Positions 48,933-59,138 of a stretch of 64,000 nucleotides of DNA are shown one piece after another. The translations under genes were made by a program, and so were the position numbers. The notes beneath the pieces are model-generated. The model did not search any database. It had not been told where the DNA came from and was given only the letters and a program-made list of their open reading frames with translations. Origin of the DNA: Candidatus Jorgensenbacteria bacterium GW2011_GWB1_50_10 (GTDB lineage: Bacteria > Patescibacteriota > Minisyncoccia > UBA6257 > GWB1-50-10); NCBI GenBank assembly GCA_001004105.1, contig LCQK01000003.1, positions 46,805-110,804 of the forward strand. Reading direction: 5' to 3'. How positions within the stretch are numbered: the first letter of the stretch is position 1; the number at the start of each line of letters is the position of its first letter.

Positions 48933-48966
48933 CCCATCTACCGCAGTTCTCGCAAAGTAGCACAGA

Positions 48967-49008
48967 CAGGCCGCAAGAGGTTTCCTCTTGCGGCCTGTTC
49001 CTGTTTTT
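48967..49008 (+). terminator. 14-bp perfect-stem hairpin CAGGCCGCAAGAGG-ttt-CCTCTTGCGGCCTG plus T-tract downstream of VR2
   Basis: Seen in sequence. Confidence 0.6.
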
Positions 49009-49062
49009 ACTAAACTTGAGATACTACCCCTATATGAACCAAAAAGAGGGGCAGTTTCTGTT

Positions 49063-51588
49063 ATGCAGGACAAAATTGTTATAAAAGGAGCAAGAGAGCA
49101 TAATCTCAAGAACGTCAATCTGGAAATTCCTCGCGACAAAATGGTGGTTTTTACCGGGCTTTCCGGGTCGGGGAAATCCTCGCTGGCTTTTGACACGATT
49201 TTTGCCGAGGGCCAGCGCCGCTACATTGAATCGCTCTCGGCCTATGCCCGGCAGTTTTTAGGTCGTTTGGACAAGCCTGATGTTGACGAAATTGACGGAT
49301 TATCGCCCGCGATTTCCATTGACCAGAAAAGCCATTCTCACAACCCGCGCTCCACGGTCGCGACCGTCACGGAAATTTACGATTATCTCCGCGTTCTTTT
49401 CGCCCGCGTGGGCATTCCCCATTGTCCGAAGTGCGGCCGGGAAATCAAAAAAATGACGAACGAGGAAATTGTGGATACCGTGCTCCGGATTTATCAAAAC
49501 AAAAAATCCGACAAAAACCTCGTGGTTTTGGCGCCGGCTGTCCGCGGCCGGAAAGGGGAATATTATCAGCTCCTTTACGATTTCTTAAACGCCGGTTTTC
49601 GAGAAGCACGCATTGACGGTAAGATTCATAACTTGCGGGAAAGAATTGAGCTTAGCCGTTACAAACAGCACACAATAGAGCTCGTGGTGGATAGATTGCC
49701 TGACGGTTTGGATATGCGCGAGAAGGACAATCGCTTGCGTTTGGCCGAAGCGGTGGAGTCGGCCTTGAAATACGGCAACGATGTTGTAACCGTGATTGCC
49801 GATGAAGAAGAAACTTCGCTCTCCGCCAAATTCACTTGTCCCAACGACAGTTACTCTTTTCCGGAAATAGAGCCGCGACTTTTTTCCTTCAACAGCCCCT
49901 ACGGCGCCTGCGAGGTCTGCCACGGTTTAGGGACGGAGAGCATTTGGTCGGAAAAACCCTGTCCCAAATGTTTAGGCAAGCGTCTGCGAGACGAAGCGTT
50001 AAGTGTTCTCATTGCTGATAAAAGCATTGCCTCGGTTGTGGCAAATTCTATAAGCAACGCCCGTAAATTCTGCGATGAAGTGGAAGGAAAAATTGACGAG
50101 AATTTCAAGGAGGTGGTTTCAGCGCCACTGCGCGAAATCAAAAACCGGCTGAAATTCATGATTGATGTCGGTTTGGAATATCTCACGCTTGAACGGCGAG
50201 CCGGGACGCTCTCGGGCGGCGAAGCTCAGCGTATCCGCCTCGCCTCCCAAATCGGTTCGCGTCTCACCGGCACGCTCTACATATTGGACGAACCGACTAT
50301 CGGTCTTCACCAGCGCGACAACGCGAAACTCATCGCTACTCTCCAAGATTTGCGGGATTTAGGGAACACCGTCCTCGTTGTGGAGCACGACGAGGAAACC
50401 ATCCGCCAGTCGGATTATCTCGTGGACATCGGGCCGGGCGCCGGCGTCCACGGCGGTAAAATCGTGGCCCAAGGGTCGATTCCCGAAATTCTCTCCGACA
50501 AAAAATCCAAGTCGCTCACCATCGATTACCTGAACGGCAGGGAATTCATTCCCGTGCCGGAGAAAAGACGGCCGGTGACGCGGAAGGGCGACTTTTTGGT
50601 GATAAAGGGCGCAAGCGCGAATAATCTGAAAGACATTGACGTGCAAATTCCCTTGCACCGGTTTGTGGCCGTAACCGGTGTTTCCGGCTCAGGAAAAAGT
50701 TCCTTGGTTTATGATGTCATCTACAAAGCGCTCGCCAATGCCTGGAACGGCGCAAATTATAAAGTCGGCGCGCATAAAGGCATGACCGGTTTGGAAAATT
50801 TGAACCGTGTGATTAATATTGACCAGTCGCCGATAGGTCGTACCCCGCGTTCCAATCCAGCCACTTATGTCGGCGCTTGGACTTTTATCCGCGAGCTTTT
50901 TGCCGCAACCGAAGACGCCCGCGTCCGCGGCTACAAGCCGGGACGCTTCAGTTTCAATGTCCGCGGCGGGCGGTGCGAAAACTGTGAAGGCCACGGCACG
51001 ATTGCGATTGAAATGCACTTTTTGCCGACCGTTTACGTCACTTGCGACGTCTGCAAAGGCAAGCGTTTTGATCGCGAGACTCTGGAAGTTGAATATAAAC
51101 ATAAGAACATTTATGACATCTTAAAGATGACCGTGGAGGAAACAGTGGAGTTTTTCCGCGATATTCCCTGGCTTTACGACCGGCTGAAAATTCTGGAAGA
51201 AGTGGGTTTGGGCTATTTAACGCTGGGGCAGTCGGCGACGACTTTGTCTGGCGGCGAGGCCCAGCGGATAAAACTCACGGCCGAACTCGGCAAGCGCGAC
51301 ACTAGGAAAACGATTTATCTTCTTGATGAACCGACGACCGGTCTTCATTTTGCCGACGTTCAGAATCTTTTGAAAGTTTTGGACCGGTTGGTCGCGCGCG
51401 GCAATACTGTTGTTGTGATTGAACATAACTTGGATGTCATCAAGACCGCTGACTGGGTGATTGACTTGGGGCCCGAAGGCGGCGAAAAGGGCGGGGAGAT
51501 GATTGTCGCCGCGCCACCCGAAGGCGTCATGAAAAAAGCCGGTAGTTTTACGGGCGCTTACCTCAAGAAAGCCCTCGCTAAAAAATGA
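49063..51588 (+). CDS. uvrA: excinuclease ABC subunit A
   Basis: [17 protein letters not shown] start; two ABC modules, zinc fingers; 842 aa. Confidence 0.95.
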   Translation: MQDKIVIKGAREHNLKNVNLEIPRDKMVVFTGLSGSGKSSLAFDTIFAEGQRRYIESLSAYARQFLGRLDKPDVDEIDGLSPAISIDQKSHSHNPRSTVATVTEIYDYLRVLFARVGIPHCPKCGREIKKMTNEEIVDTVLRIYQNKKSDKNLVVLAPAVRGRKGEYYQLLYDFLNAGFREARIDGKIHNLRERIELSRYKQHTIELVVDRLPDGLDMREKDNRLRLAEAVESALKYGNDVVTVIADEEETSLSAKFTCPNDSYSFPEIEPRLFSFNSPYGACEVCHGLGTESIWSEKPCPKCLGKRLRDEALSVLIADKSIASVVANSISNARKFCDEVEGKIDENFKEVVSAPLREIKNRLKFMIDVGLEYLTLERRAGTLSGGEAQRIRLASQIGSRLTGTLYILDEPTIGLHQRDNAKLIATLQDLRDLGNTVLVVEHDEETIRQSDYLVDIGPGAGVHGGKIVAQGSIPEILSDKKSKSLTIDYLNGREFIPVPEKRRPVTRKGDFLVIKGASANNLKDIDVQIPLHRFVAVTGVSGSGKSSLVYDVIYKALANAWNGANYKVGAHKGMTGLENLNRVINIDQSPIGRTPRSNPATYVGAWTFIRELFAATEDARVRGYKPGRFSFNVRGGRCENCEGHGTIAIEMHFLPTVYVTCDVCKGKRFDRETLEVEYKHKNIYDILKMTVEETVEFFRDIPWLYDRLKILEEVGLGYLTLGQSATTLSGGEAQRIKLTAELGKRDTRKTIYLLDEPTTGLHFADVQNLLKVLDRLVARGNTVVVIEHNLDVIKTADWVIDLGPEGGEKGGEMIVAAPPEGVMKKAGSFTGAYLKKALAKK

Positions 51589-52814
51589 AAAAACTTCACG
51601 CCAAAATGCCAGATTCGCCGGGCGTCTACTTAATGAAAAACGCTCGCGGCCGGATTCTTTATATCGGCAAGGCGGCAAATTTAAAAAGGCGGGTTTCCAG
51701 TTATTTTTTGCGTCCCGCACGCCTGCCTGCCGGCAGGCAGGATTCGCGAATTGAAAAAATGGTGAGCGAGGTGCGCAAGATTGATTACAAAAAAACCGAC
51801 ACTGCTTTGGAAGCACTAATTTTGGAGGCGACTCTTATTAAAAAACACGAACCGCCCTATAACGTCAGAGAAAAAGACGACAAGAGCTTCCTTTACGTGG
51901 AAATAACGAAAGATAAATTCCCGCGAGTGCTTTTGGTGCGCGGCCGTGCCTACCGGCAGGCAGGCAAAAGCCGGGCGGGAGGGGATAGATTTGGACCGTT
52001 TACTTCTGCTTCAAGTGCGCGGGAGGCGCTCCGCATCATCCGCAAAATTTTTCCGTTCAGCGTCCATCCGGCGGATAAAATCGGCAAATTCAAGAAACCC
52101 TGTTTTGACTACGAAATTGGTCTTTGTCCGGGTACTTGCGCCGGTCTTATAGATAAGACCGATTATCTGAAGAACGTCAGAAACATCAAACTGCTTTTCC
52201 AAGGCAAGAAAGCGGCCATATTGAGGACGCTAAAACGGGAAATGGAAGCGGCGAGCAAGCGGCTGGACTTCGAAAAAGCCGCCAAATTACGGGGCCGGAT
52301 TTTCGCGCTGGAGCACGTGCAGGACGTGGCGCTCATCAAGAGCGAGGAAGACAGCGGTACGGAAAACAAGGCAAGAATTGAAGGATACGACATTTCCGAT
52401 ATTTCCGGGACATCGGCCGTGGGAGCGATGGTTGTTTTTCGCGGCGGCAGACCGGCACCGAATGAATACCGGAAGTTCAAAATCGGCACGGTTTTTAAAC
52501 CGAACGATACTGCAATGTTGAAAGAAGTGATTGGCCGGCGTTTGAACCATCGGGAATGGCCGCTGCCCGATTTATTCCTGATTGACGGCGGCAAGCCGCA
52601 GGTGAACGCCGCAAAAAAGATTCTCAGAGATTCCGGTTTCGTGATTCCGGTCGTGGGCATCGCCAAGGGCGCGAAACGAAAGAAAAACGAATTCATTGGT
52701 TCTATACCCTACAACCTATCACCTATAACCTTGATTAAGGTTCGCAACGAAGCCCACCGTTTCGCCCAAAGTTACCACAAAAGGTTAAGGAAAATAATCT
52801 CACTAGGTTTGTAA
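51585..52814 (+). CDS. uvrC: excinuclease ABC subunit C-like (short form: GIY-YIG, UvrBC-interacting and RNaseH-like domains, no C-terminal HhH)
   Basis: GVYLMKN..GRILYIGKAANLKRRVSSYF GIY-YIG; ...EAHRFA...; palindrome-encoded RLPAGRQD insert inside GIY-YIG region. Confidence 0.8.
   Translation: MKKLHAKMPDSPGVYLMKNARGRILYIGKAANLKRRVSSYFLRPARLPAGRQDSRIEKMVSEVRKIDYKKTDTALEALILEATLIKKHEPPYNVREKDDKSFLYVEITKDKFPRVLLVRGRAYRQAGKSRAGGDRFGPFTSASSAREALRIIRKIFPFSVHPADKIGKFKKPCFDYEIGLCPGTCAGLIDKTDYLKNVRNIKLLFQGKKAAILRTLKREMEAASKRLDFEKAAKLRGRIFALEHVQDVALIKSEEDSGTENKARIEGYDISDISGTSAVGAMVVFRGGRPAPNEYRKFKIGTVFKPNDTAMLKEVIGRRLNHREWPLPDLFLIDGGKPQVNAAKKILRDSGFVIPVVGIAKGAKRKKNEFIGSIPYNLSPITLIKVRNEAHRFAQSYHKRLRKIISLGL
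51722..51741. repeat. 20-bp perfect palindrome CCTGCCTGCCGGCAGGCAGG (copy, in-frame in uvrC)
   Basis: Exact repeat; encodes LPAGRQ. Confidence 0.9.
51945..51964. repeat. degenerate palindrome copy CGTGCCTACCGGCAGGCAGG (2 mismatches) inside uvrC
   Basis: Seen in sequence. Confidence 0.5.
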
Positions 52815-52842
52815 AGGATTGAATTTATTGCTTGAATTTAAC

Positions 52843-52878
52843 GCCTCAAAATATCAGTATATGCTGAGATTTTGAGGC
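52843..52878. repeat. 36-bp near-palindromic hairpin GCCTCAAAATATCAGTATATGCTGAGATTTTGAGGC upstream of PaaX-like gene
   Basis: Paralogous hairpin with compensatory changes at 53418-53457. Confidence 0.6.
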
Positions 52879-52899
52879 AAGCTCTGTTATAATAAACTT

Positions 52900-53412
52900 G
52901 TGGCCAAGACATCAAGAGATGCAAGAAGACATATAAGGGCAATAAGTGAGTTTTTTGCTGCCGGGAAAGCTGTAACCGAAGCCGCAGTTAATGATTTTAT
53001 CGGCACCTACAAAAAGAGGAAATTCTTAAAGCAAAGTTTGCGCCGGCTAATTGAAAAGGGTTTGGTTGAAAAGAAAAATAACAAGTTTGTTCCGACTCTC
53101 GCTGGTATCAGGTTTTTTCGTTCAAACATTGAGAGATCGTTGAAACCAAAAAATTGGGATGGTAAGTGGTACCTTTTAAGTTTTGACGTTCCGGTTAAAC
53201 TGAACGTAAAGAGAGACTATTTAAGAAGGGTGCTTAAAAGTTATGATTTTTATCCGCTCCAAAAGAGCGTTTGGGTGGGCCCGAATAAATTCGGCGACGA
53301 CCTTTGGGAATTTGTCGTTCAAAAGGAACTTAATAAATATTGCCGGGTTATGGTGGTGAGCGTTTTAGAAGGGGATGAGGATTTAAAAAAGTATTTCAAA
53401 ATCGGGTTTTAA
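52900..53412 (+). CDS. PaaX-family-like protein (winged-helix N-terminus plus Cas2-like-fold C-terminal domain)
   Basis: WDGKWYLLSFDVP...RDYLRRVLKSYDFYPLQKSVWVGP resembles PaaX_C; GTG start 7 nt after TATAAT. Confidence 0.5.
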   Translation: MAKTSRDARRHIRAISEFFAAGKAVTEAAVNDFIGTYKKRKFLKQSLRRLIEKGLVEKKNNKFVPTLAGIRFFRSNIERSLKPKNWDGKWYLLSFDVPVKLNVKRDYLRRVLKSYDFYPLQKSVWVGPNKFGDDLWEFVVQKELNKYCRVMVVSVLEGDEDLKKYFKIGF

Positions 53413-53417
53413 TTTGT

Positions 53418-53457
53418 GTGCCTCAAAAACTCAGTATATGCTGAGTTTTTGAGGCAC
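53418..53457. repeat. 40-bp perfect-stem hairpin GTGCCTCAAAAACTCAGTATA/TGCTGAGTTTTTGAGGCAC downstream of PaaX-like gene
   Basis: Homologous to 52843-52878 with covarying stem positions. Confidence 0.6.
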
Positions 53458-53503
53458 AAACATGGTTAATTTGTTTAAATATTCAGTGGTATAATATTTA
53501 GTA

Positions 53504-55267
53504 ATGTCAGAAACGAGAATTTGCCAGAATTGCAAGCAACAATTCACGATTGAGCCGGACGATTTCGCGTTTTATAAAAAGATAAGCGTCCCGCCACCGA
53601 CGTGGTGCCCGGAGTGCAGGTTAGTGAGAAGGTTAATTGTTCGTAATGAACGGAGTTTGTATAGAAGAATCTGTGATCTTTGTGGAAAAGAGAAAATAAT
53701 GATGTTTTATCCTCAAAGTCCTTTCAAGGTATATTGCTACGAATGTTGGTTTGGCGATAACTGGAATCCAATGGGGTATGGGAAAGAATATGACTTTTCA
53801 CAGCCCTTTTTCGAACAGTTTAGTGATTTGCTCCATGTGGTACCGAGGCCGGGGATTCTAAAACAAGGATTCGCTATTGAGAGTGAATACACCAACCGAG
53901 TCAGCGAAATTAGAAATTGTTATCTTATTTTTGGCTCAACAGCTAGCGAAAACTGTTTTTACGGTTCGTGGGTAAATGATTCTAAAGAATGCGTTGACTG
54001 TTACAACCTCGGCAAATGCGAAAGATGTTATGACTGCACCGATTGTGTCGGTTGCTATAACCTTCAGTACTCTCGTGACTGCCATAGTTGCAGTAATTCT
54101 TATTTTCTTTTGAATTGCCGCAACTGCGAGAGTTGCTTTGGTTGCACGAATCTCCGCAATAAAAGCTACTGTGTTTTTAATAAACAATACGGCAAGGAGG
54201 AATATCAAAAACTACTCGAGGAACACAATTTGAAAAGCTCAGCCGCTATCAAAAGACTCCAGTCCCGGTTCATTTCGGAGCGTTCCAAGCATATTGTGCC
54301 GTCAATAATCCAACATCACAGTACGGATGTAAGCGGTAACTGGATTGAAGAATCCAAGAATGTTCATTACAGCTTCAACTGCCGAAATGTCGAGGATGGT
54401 AAGTACGTACTGGCGGCAGTAATTGCAAAAGATGTAATGGATTATGCTCATTTCGGACGCGGCGTTGAACGTATTTATGATTCAATCAACATTGGCCGCC
54501 AAGCCTCATCCGTCTTTTTTAGCAATGAAAGCTGGGACCAATCTTCAAATTTGCAGTATTGCATGAATTGCCGAGGTTCACAGAACCTTTTCGGGTGCAT
54601 CGGAGTTCGTAACAAAAGTTACTGTATCTTGAACAGGGAATATACCAAAGAAGAATACGAGAAGCTGGTTCCCCGCATTATTGAGCACATGAATACTATG
54701 CCCTACGCCGACAAGAAAGATAGGGTATACAAGTACGGCGAATTTTTCCCGCCGGAAATAACGCCATTCGCTTATAACGAGTCCCTCTCCCAAGAATTTT
54801 TTCCTCTAACAAAAGAAAGAGCGTCAGAACTCGGGTACCGCTGGAAAGATGAAGAGAATCGGAGCTACAAGATAACTGTAAAAAATAACGAAATTCCTGA
54901 TACTATTCGACTTGTTTCCGACGCGATACTCGATGATGTCATTGGCTGCGAACATGGTGGAAAATGCAACGAACAGTGCACGACGGCTTTTAAAATTGTT
55001 CCTCAAGAGCTTAATTTTTATAGACAATTTAATATTCCCCTTCCAAATCTTTGTCCCAACTGCCGTCATTATCAGAGATTAAAACAAAGAAATCCCCTAA
55101 AGCTTTGGCACAGAAAATGTATGTGTGATTACCAGGTTTATAAAAATACGGTGAAGCACGTTCATCATCCGGAAGGAAAGTGCCCGAACGAATTTAAAAC
55201 GTCCTACGCCCCCGAGAGGCCGGAAATCGTCTACTGCGAGCAGTGTTATAATTTCGAGGTAGTATGA
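53504..55267 (+). CDS. cysteine-rich repeat protein (587 aa, many CxxC motifs, Zn-ribbon-like N- and C-terminal modules)
   Basis: N-term CQNCKQQFTIEPDDFAFYKKISVPPPTWCPECR; central CVDCYNLGKCERCYDCTDCVGCYNL...CRNCESCFGCTNLRNKSYC; internal duplication (NKSYCVFNKQYGKEEYQKL / NKSYCILNREYTKEEYEKL); C-term ...LCPNCRHYQRL; TATAAT 12 nt upstream. Confidence 0.6.
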   Translation: MSETRICQNCKQQFTIEPDDFAFYKKISVPPPTWCPECRLVRRLIVRNERSLYRRICDLCGKEKIMMFYPQSPFKVYCYECWFGDNWNPMGYGKEYDFSQPFFEQFSDLLHVVPRPGILKQGFAIESEYTNRVSEIRNCYLIFGSTASENCFYGSWVNDSKECVDCYNLGKCERCYDCTDCVGCYNLQYSRDCHSCSNSYFLLNCRNCESCFGCTNLRNKSYCVFNKQYGKEEYQKLLEEHNLKSSAAIKRLQSRFISERSKHIVPSIIQHHSTDVSGNWIEESKNVHYSFNCRNVEDGKYVLAAVIAKDVMDYAHFGRGVERIYDSINIGRQASSVFFSNESWDQSSNLQYCMNCRGSQNLFGCIGVRNKSYCILNREYTKEEYEKLVPRIIEHMNTMPYADKKDRVYKYGEFFPPEITPFAYNESLSQEFFPLTKERASELGYRWKDEENRSYKITVKNNEIPDTIRLVSDAILDDVIGCEHGGKCNEQCTTAFKIVPQELNFYRQFNIPLPNLCPNCRHYQRLKQRNPLKLWHRKCMCDYQVYKNTVKHVHHPEGKCPNEFKTSYAPERPEIVYCEQCYNFEVV

Positions 55268-56895
55268 TTGCAGAAGAACTTAAAAAAATCGCGGGAGAAA
55301 TAGCGAACGACGCCGAAACACTTGAAAAATACAGCCGGGATGCGAGTTTATTTGAGATTAAGCCGGAGGTAGTTGTTTTTCCGAAGGACGCGGAAGACGT
55401 TAAAAAACTTGTTGCTTTCGTAGGTAAAAACAAGAAAAAGAACAAAAATTTATCGCTCACGCCGAGGGCGGGCGGGAGCGATATGACGGGCGGACCCCTC
55501 ACCGAATCAATTGTCGTTGATTTCAAGCATTTCGACCGTATCAAGGCGATAGGAGACGATTACGCCGTTGCCGAACCCGGCGTTTTTTACCGTGATTTCG
55601 AAAGGGAAACACTAAAGAAAAATTTGATTTTGCCGACCTATCCGGCCTCGCGTGAGATGTGCGCTCTGGGCGGAATGGTCGCGAACAACGCCGCTGGCGA
55701 GAAAACCTTAAAATACGGCAAAACCATTGACTATGTGGAAGAAATCAAAACCGTCCTTGCCGACGGCAAAGAATATCTGATTAAGCCGCTCAATCAGAAA
55801 GAATTGGCTAAGAAGATTAAAGGAAAGGGTTTTGAGAATAAAGTCTACCGTGAGATTTTCCGGTTAATCAAAAGAAATTACGAAATAATCCGGAAAGCAA
55901 AGCCAAGCGTTTCCAAAAATTCAGCAGGGTTAAATCTTTGGGATGTCTGGGACGGCAAAACTTTTGACCTCGTCAAACTTTTCGTCGGTTCCCAGGGGAC
56001 GCTCGGGCTTATTACGGAAGCGAAGCTGCGGCTCGTGCCGGCCGGGAAGTACTCGGGTTTGCTCGTAATTTTCATGAAAGACATGGCGGCTTTACCGGAA
56101 GTCATAAACAAAACTTTGAAATTGAAGCCGGCAAGTTTTGAATCCTTTGACGACCACACCTTCGGACTTGCCCTAAAATTCTTCACCGGCTTTTTGAAAG
56201 TGATGGGCGTGAACATCGTCTCGCTCGGTTTGCAATTTCTGCCCGAATTTTTCCACGTTCTCATAAACGGCATGCCAAAAATGGTTCTTCTTGCCGAATT
56301 TGAAGAAGAAAGCCAGGAAGAAGTGAACCGTAAAATAAGAGAATTAAAGCGTGCCTTGAAACCGTTCGAACTTTCCACCAAAAGCGCACCCACCGCTGAA
56401 TCGTCGAAGAAATACTGGGTGATGCGGCGGGAAAGCTTCAATCTTCTCCGGCACAAGGTGAAAGGGCTGAAAACCGCTCCTTTCATAGACGACGTCATTG
56501 TTCGGCCGGAGCATCTGCCGGAATTCCTGCCCAAACTTTACGAAATTCTGGACCGCTACAAGTTTTTATATACCGTGGCCGGCCACGTCGGCGACGGAAA
56601 TTTCCACATTATTCCGCTTATGGATTTTAACGACCAAAAACAGGTTGACTTGATTCCCAAAGCGGCCGATGAGGTTTATGATTTGGTTTTGCGATACGGC
56701 GGCTCCATCACCGCCGAGCACAATGATGGTTTGATTCGGGGCGCTTATCTTAAAAAGATGTATGGCTCGAAAATCTTCGCTCTTTTCCGGAAAGTCAAAA
56801 AAATATTCGACCCGCAGGATATTTTCAATCCCGGCAAAAAATCCGAGGCGGCAAACCTCAAAACACTTCTTTACAAAAACTTGAGAAAACAATAG
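55264..56895 (+). CDS. FAD-linked oxidase (GlcD/D-lactate dehydrogenase family)
   Basis: FAD-binding PCMH-type domain pattern ...PRAGGSDMTGG... and C-terminal FAD-oxidase_C. Confidence 0.85.
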   Translation: MIAEELKKIAGEIANDAETLEKYSRDASLFEIKPEVVVFPKDAEDVKKLVAFVGKNKKKNKNLSLTPRAGGSDMTGGPLTESIVVDFKHFDRIKAIGDDYAVAEPGVFYRDFERETLKKNLILPTYPASREMCALGGMVANNAAGEKTLKYGKTIDYVEEIKTVLADGKEYLIKPLNQKELAKKIKGKGFENKVYREIFRLIKRNYEIIRKAKPSVSKNSAGLNLWDVWDGKTFDLVKLFVGSQGTLGLITEAKLRLVPAGKYSGLLVIFMKDMAALPEVINKTLKLKPASFESFDDHTFGLALKFFTGFLKVMGVNIVSLGLQFLPEFFHVLINGMPKMVLLAEFEEESQEEVNRKIRELKRALKPFELSTKSAPTAESSKKYWVMRRESFNLLRHKVKGLKTAPFIDDVIVRPEHLPEFLPKLYEILDRYKFLYTVAGHVGDGNFHIIPLMDFNDQKQVDLIPKAADEVYDLVLRYGGSITAEHNDGLIRGAYLKKMYGSKIFALFRKVKKIFDPQDIFNPGKKSEAANLKTLLYKNLRKQ

Positions 56896-56909
56896 ACTGG
56901 TTTTCAATC

Positions 56910-58193
56910 ATGCATAACCGAAAGCGGCTCGTTATTTTCTTGATTGTCTTGGTTCTGATTTCGGCGCTTGCCGCCTTTTTTGCTTACGAGCCGCTCTTCC
57001 AAAGGTGGAGCGGTTTTCGGCCGTGGCGGCTGGGATTGGACTTGGCCGGCGGCACTTATCTCGTTTACGAGGTTGACTTGAGCGGCGTGGCGCAGAGTGA
57101 CCGCGATTCAGTGGTGAAAGGTTTGCGCGACGTGATTGAGCGGCGAGTCAATCTTTTCGGCGTCTCCGAACCAAAGGTTTATTTGGAAACCAGCGGCGGC
57201 ATCAATCGCCTTGTTGTGGAGCTGGCCGGCATTAAGGATGTGAGCGCCGCCATCGCCCAAATTGGGGAAACGCCTTTCCTAGATTTCCGTGAGGTAATTG
57301 AAGGCCAAGAAGTGGTAGACGGCGAGGCGACGACAACCGCGAATATTGTCCCGACTGAACTTACTGGCCGCTACGTCAAGGGCGCCCAGCTCGGTTTTGA
57401 TTCGGTGAGCGGTCAGCCCCAGATTTATCTTCAGTTCACCGACGAGGGCGCCAAAATCTTTGAAGAAGTGACCGGCCGCAACGTCGGCAAGCCGCTCTGC
57501 ATATTCTTGGACAATCAAATCCGGAGCTTTGAAGAGGACTGCCCGATCGTGCAGGCGAAGATTTCCGGCGGCAACGCCCAAATTACCGGCCGGTTTACGA
57601 CCGCCGAGGCGCGGCAGATCGTTGAAAGATTCAACGCCGGAGCCTTGCCCGCGCCCATCAAGCTCATCAATCAGCAAACAATAAGCGCCGACTTCGGCAA
57701 GGATTCCCTCACTAAGGCGGTTTTTGCCGGCGCCATCGGCACCGCCGTCGTCATTCTTTTCATGCTTATTTATTACCGCCGCCTTGGGATTTTCGCCGCC
57801 GCCGCGCTTCTCATGTATGTTGCTCTCACGCTCGGCGTTTTTAAAATCATTCCCGTTACCATGACTTTGGCGGGCATTGCCGGTTTCATTCTTTCCATCG
57901 GCATGGCCGTTGACGCGAACATTCTTGTTTTCGAGCGGACCAAGGAAGAAATCAAAAAGGGTCTTTCCAAAACCGCGGCGATTGAAGAAGGTTTCCGCCG
58001 AGCCTGGACTTCCATCCGCGATTCCAATGTGAGCACGATGATCACTTCGGCCGTGCTCTATTATTTCACTTCCAGTTTCGTGAAAGGATTCGCCCTCGCC
58101 CTATTCCTCGGCGTCGTCGTTTCCATGTTTTCCGCGATCACGATAACGAGGGTGCTGCTCCGGGTTTTCACCAAGGACATTCCAAAAACATGA
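56910..58193 (+). CDS. secD: protein translocase subunit SecD
   Basis: LGLDLAGGTYLVYEVD start of periplasmic domain; 6 TM C-terminal. Confidence 0.9.
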   Translation: MHNRKRLVIFLIVLVLISALAAFFAYEPLFQRWSGFRPWRLGLDLAGGTYLVYEVDLSGVAQSDRDSVVKGLRDVIERRVNLFGVSEPKVYLETSGGINRLVVELAGIKDVSAAIAQIGETPFLDFREVIEGQEVVDGEATTTANIVPTELTGRYVKGAQLGFDSVSGQPQIYLQFTDEGAKIFEEVTGRNVGKPLCIFLDNQIRSFEEDCPIVQAKISGGNAQITGRFTTAEARQIVERFNAGALPAPIKLINQQTISADFGKDSLTKAVFAGAIGTAVVILFMLIYYRRLGIFAAAALLMYVALTLGVFKIIPVTMTLAGIAGFILSIGMAVDANILVFERTKEEIKKGLSKTAAIEEGFRRAWTSIRDSNVSTMITSAVLYYFTSSFVKGFALALFLGVVVSMFSAITITRVLLRVFTKDIPKT

Positions 58194-59074
58194 TTGACGT
58201 CATCAAACATAAAAATATATACCTCGGTGTTTCTTTGGCGCTCGTCGTTTTGAGCTGGGCTTTGGTCGGTTTCCTAGGTTTGAAGCCGGGCATTGATTTG
58301 GTTGGCGGCACGGTCTGGCAGATTGACGCGCCGGAGGCGGATTTGGATGAAGTGCGGTCGGTTTTGAACGAAAATGGAGCGGCGGATTTTCAGATCAAGA
58401 TTGCGGGCGACGGCAGCTTCATTATCCGGTTGAAGGATTTGAGCGAAGAAAATCACCAAGGTTACTTGAGAGCGCTCCAGGATGAATTTCCCGCCGTAAC
58501 CGAGATGAATTTCTCGAGCATCGGCCCGACCATCGGCTCGGAACTCCGCCGAAGCTCCATTTGGGCGATTATTCTGGTTTTAATCGGCATCTCGCTCTAC
58601 GTCGCTTTCGCTTTCCGGAAAGTTTCCGAACCGGTCAAATCCTGGAAATACGGTTTGATTACTCTCCTTACGCTCCTTCATGACGTGAGCATTCCGGCCG
58701 GCCTTTTGGCCGTTTTGGGTGAGTGGAAAGGAATTGAGATAGACACCAATTTCATTGTCGCCCTTCTCGTGGTAATGGGCTTTTCCGTCCACGACACGAT
58801 AGTCGTTTTCGACCGGGTTCGGGAAAATCTTCAGCTTTTCCGCGGGCGCAACACGCCATTGGGTGAAATTGTGAACCGAAGCGTCAATGAAACCATAGCC
58901 CGCTCAATCAACACGTCGCTCACGCTGGTCCTTGTTCTTTTGGCGCTCATGGTTTTCGGTCCCGCCCCGCTTTTCTATTTTGTTCTTACGATTCTCTTCG
59001 GCACCGTCGTCGGCACCTATTCCTCCATTTTCGTCGCTAGCCCTATGCTGTACCTTTGGCAGAAAAAGAGGTGA
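58190..59074 (+). CDS. secF: protein translocase subunit SecF
   Basis: GIDLVGGTVWQIDA..., SecF TM core. Confidence 0.9.
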   Translation: MIDVIKHKNIYLGVSLALVVLSWALVGFLGLKPGIDLVGGTVWQIDAPEADLDEVRSVLNENGAADFQIKIAGDGSFIIRLKDLSEENHQGYLRALQDEFPAVTEMNFSSIGPTIGSELRRSSIWAIILVLIGISLYVAFAFRKVSEPVKSWKYGLITLLTLLHDVSIPAGLLAVLGEWKGIEIDTNFIVALLVVMGFSVHDTIVVFDRVRENLQLFRGRNTPLGEIVNRSVNETIARSINTSLTLVLVLLALMVFGPAPLFYFVLTILFGTVVGTYSSIFVASPMLYLWQKKR

Positions 59075-59138
59075 GTGGGTGGGGATTGACGCCCTTTCCC
59101 AAAAGTGCTAAAGTTTAGATTAATAATTTGTTACCAAT

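Noticed and set aside
48242-48937. Long antisense ORFs inside GC-rich genes
   Set aside because: Examples are 48242-48937 (-), 15559-15996 (-), 59379-60188 (-), 62334-63125 (-), 46330-46998 (-) and 52163-52696 (-). Each overlaps a confidently identified gene on the opposite strand (DGR target 2, transglycosylase, HARE-HTH protein, coupling ATPase, uvrB, uvrC). Their translations are low-complexity and Arg/Pro/Ser-rich, typical of antisense frames in GC-rich coding DNA.
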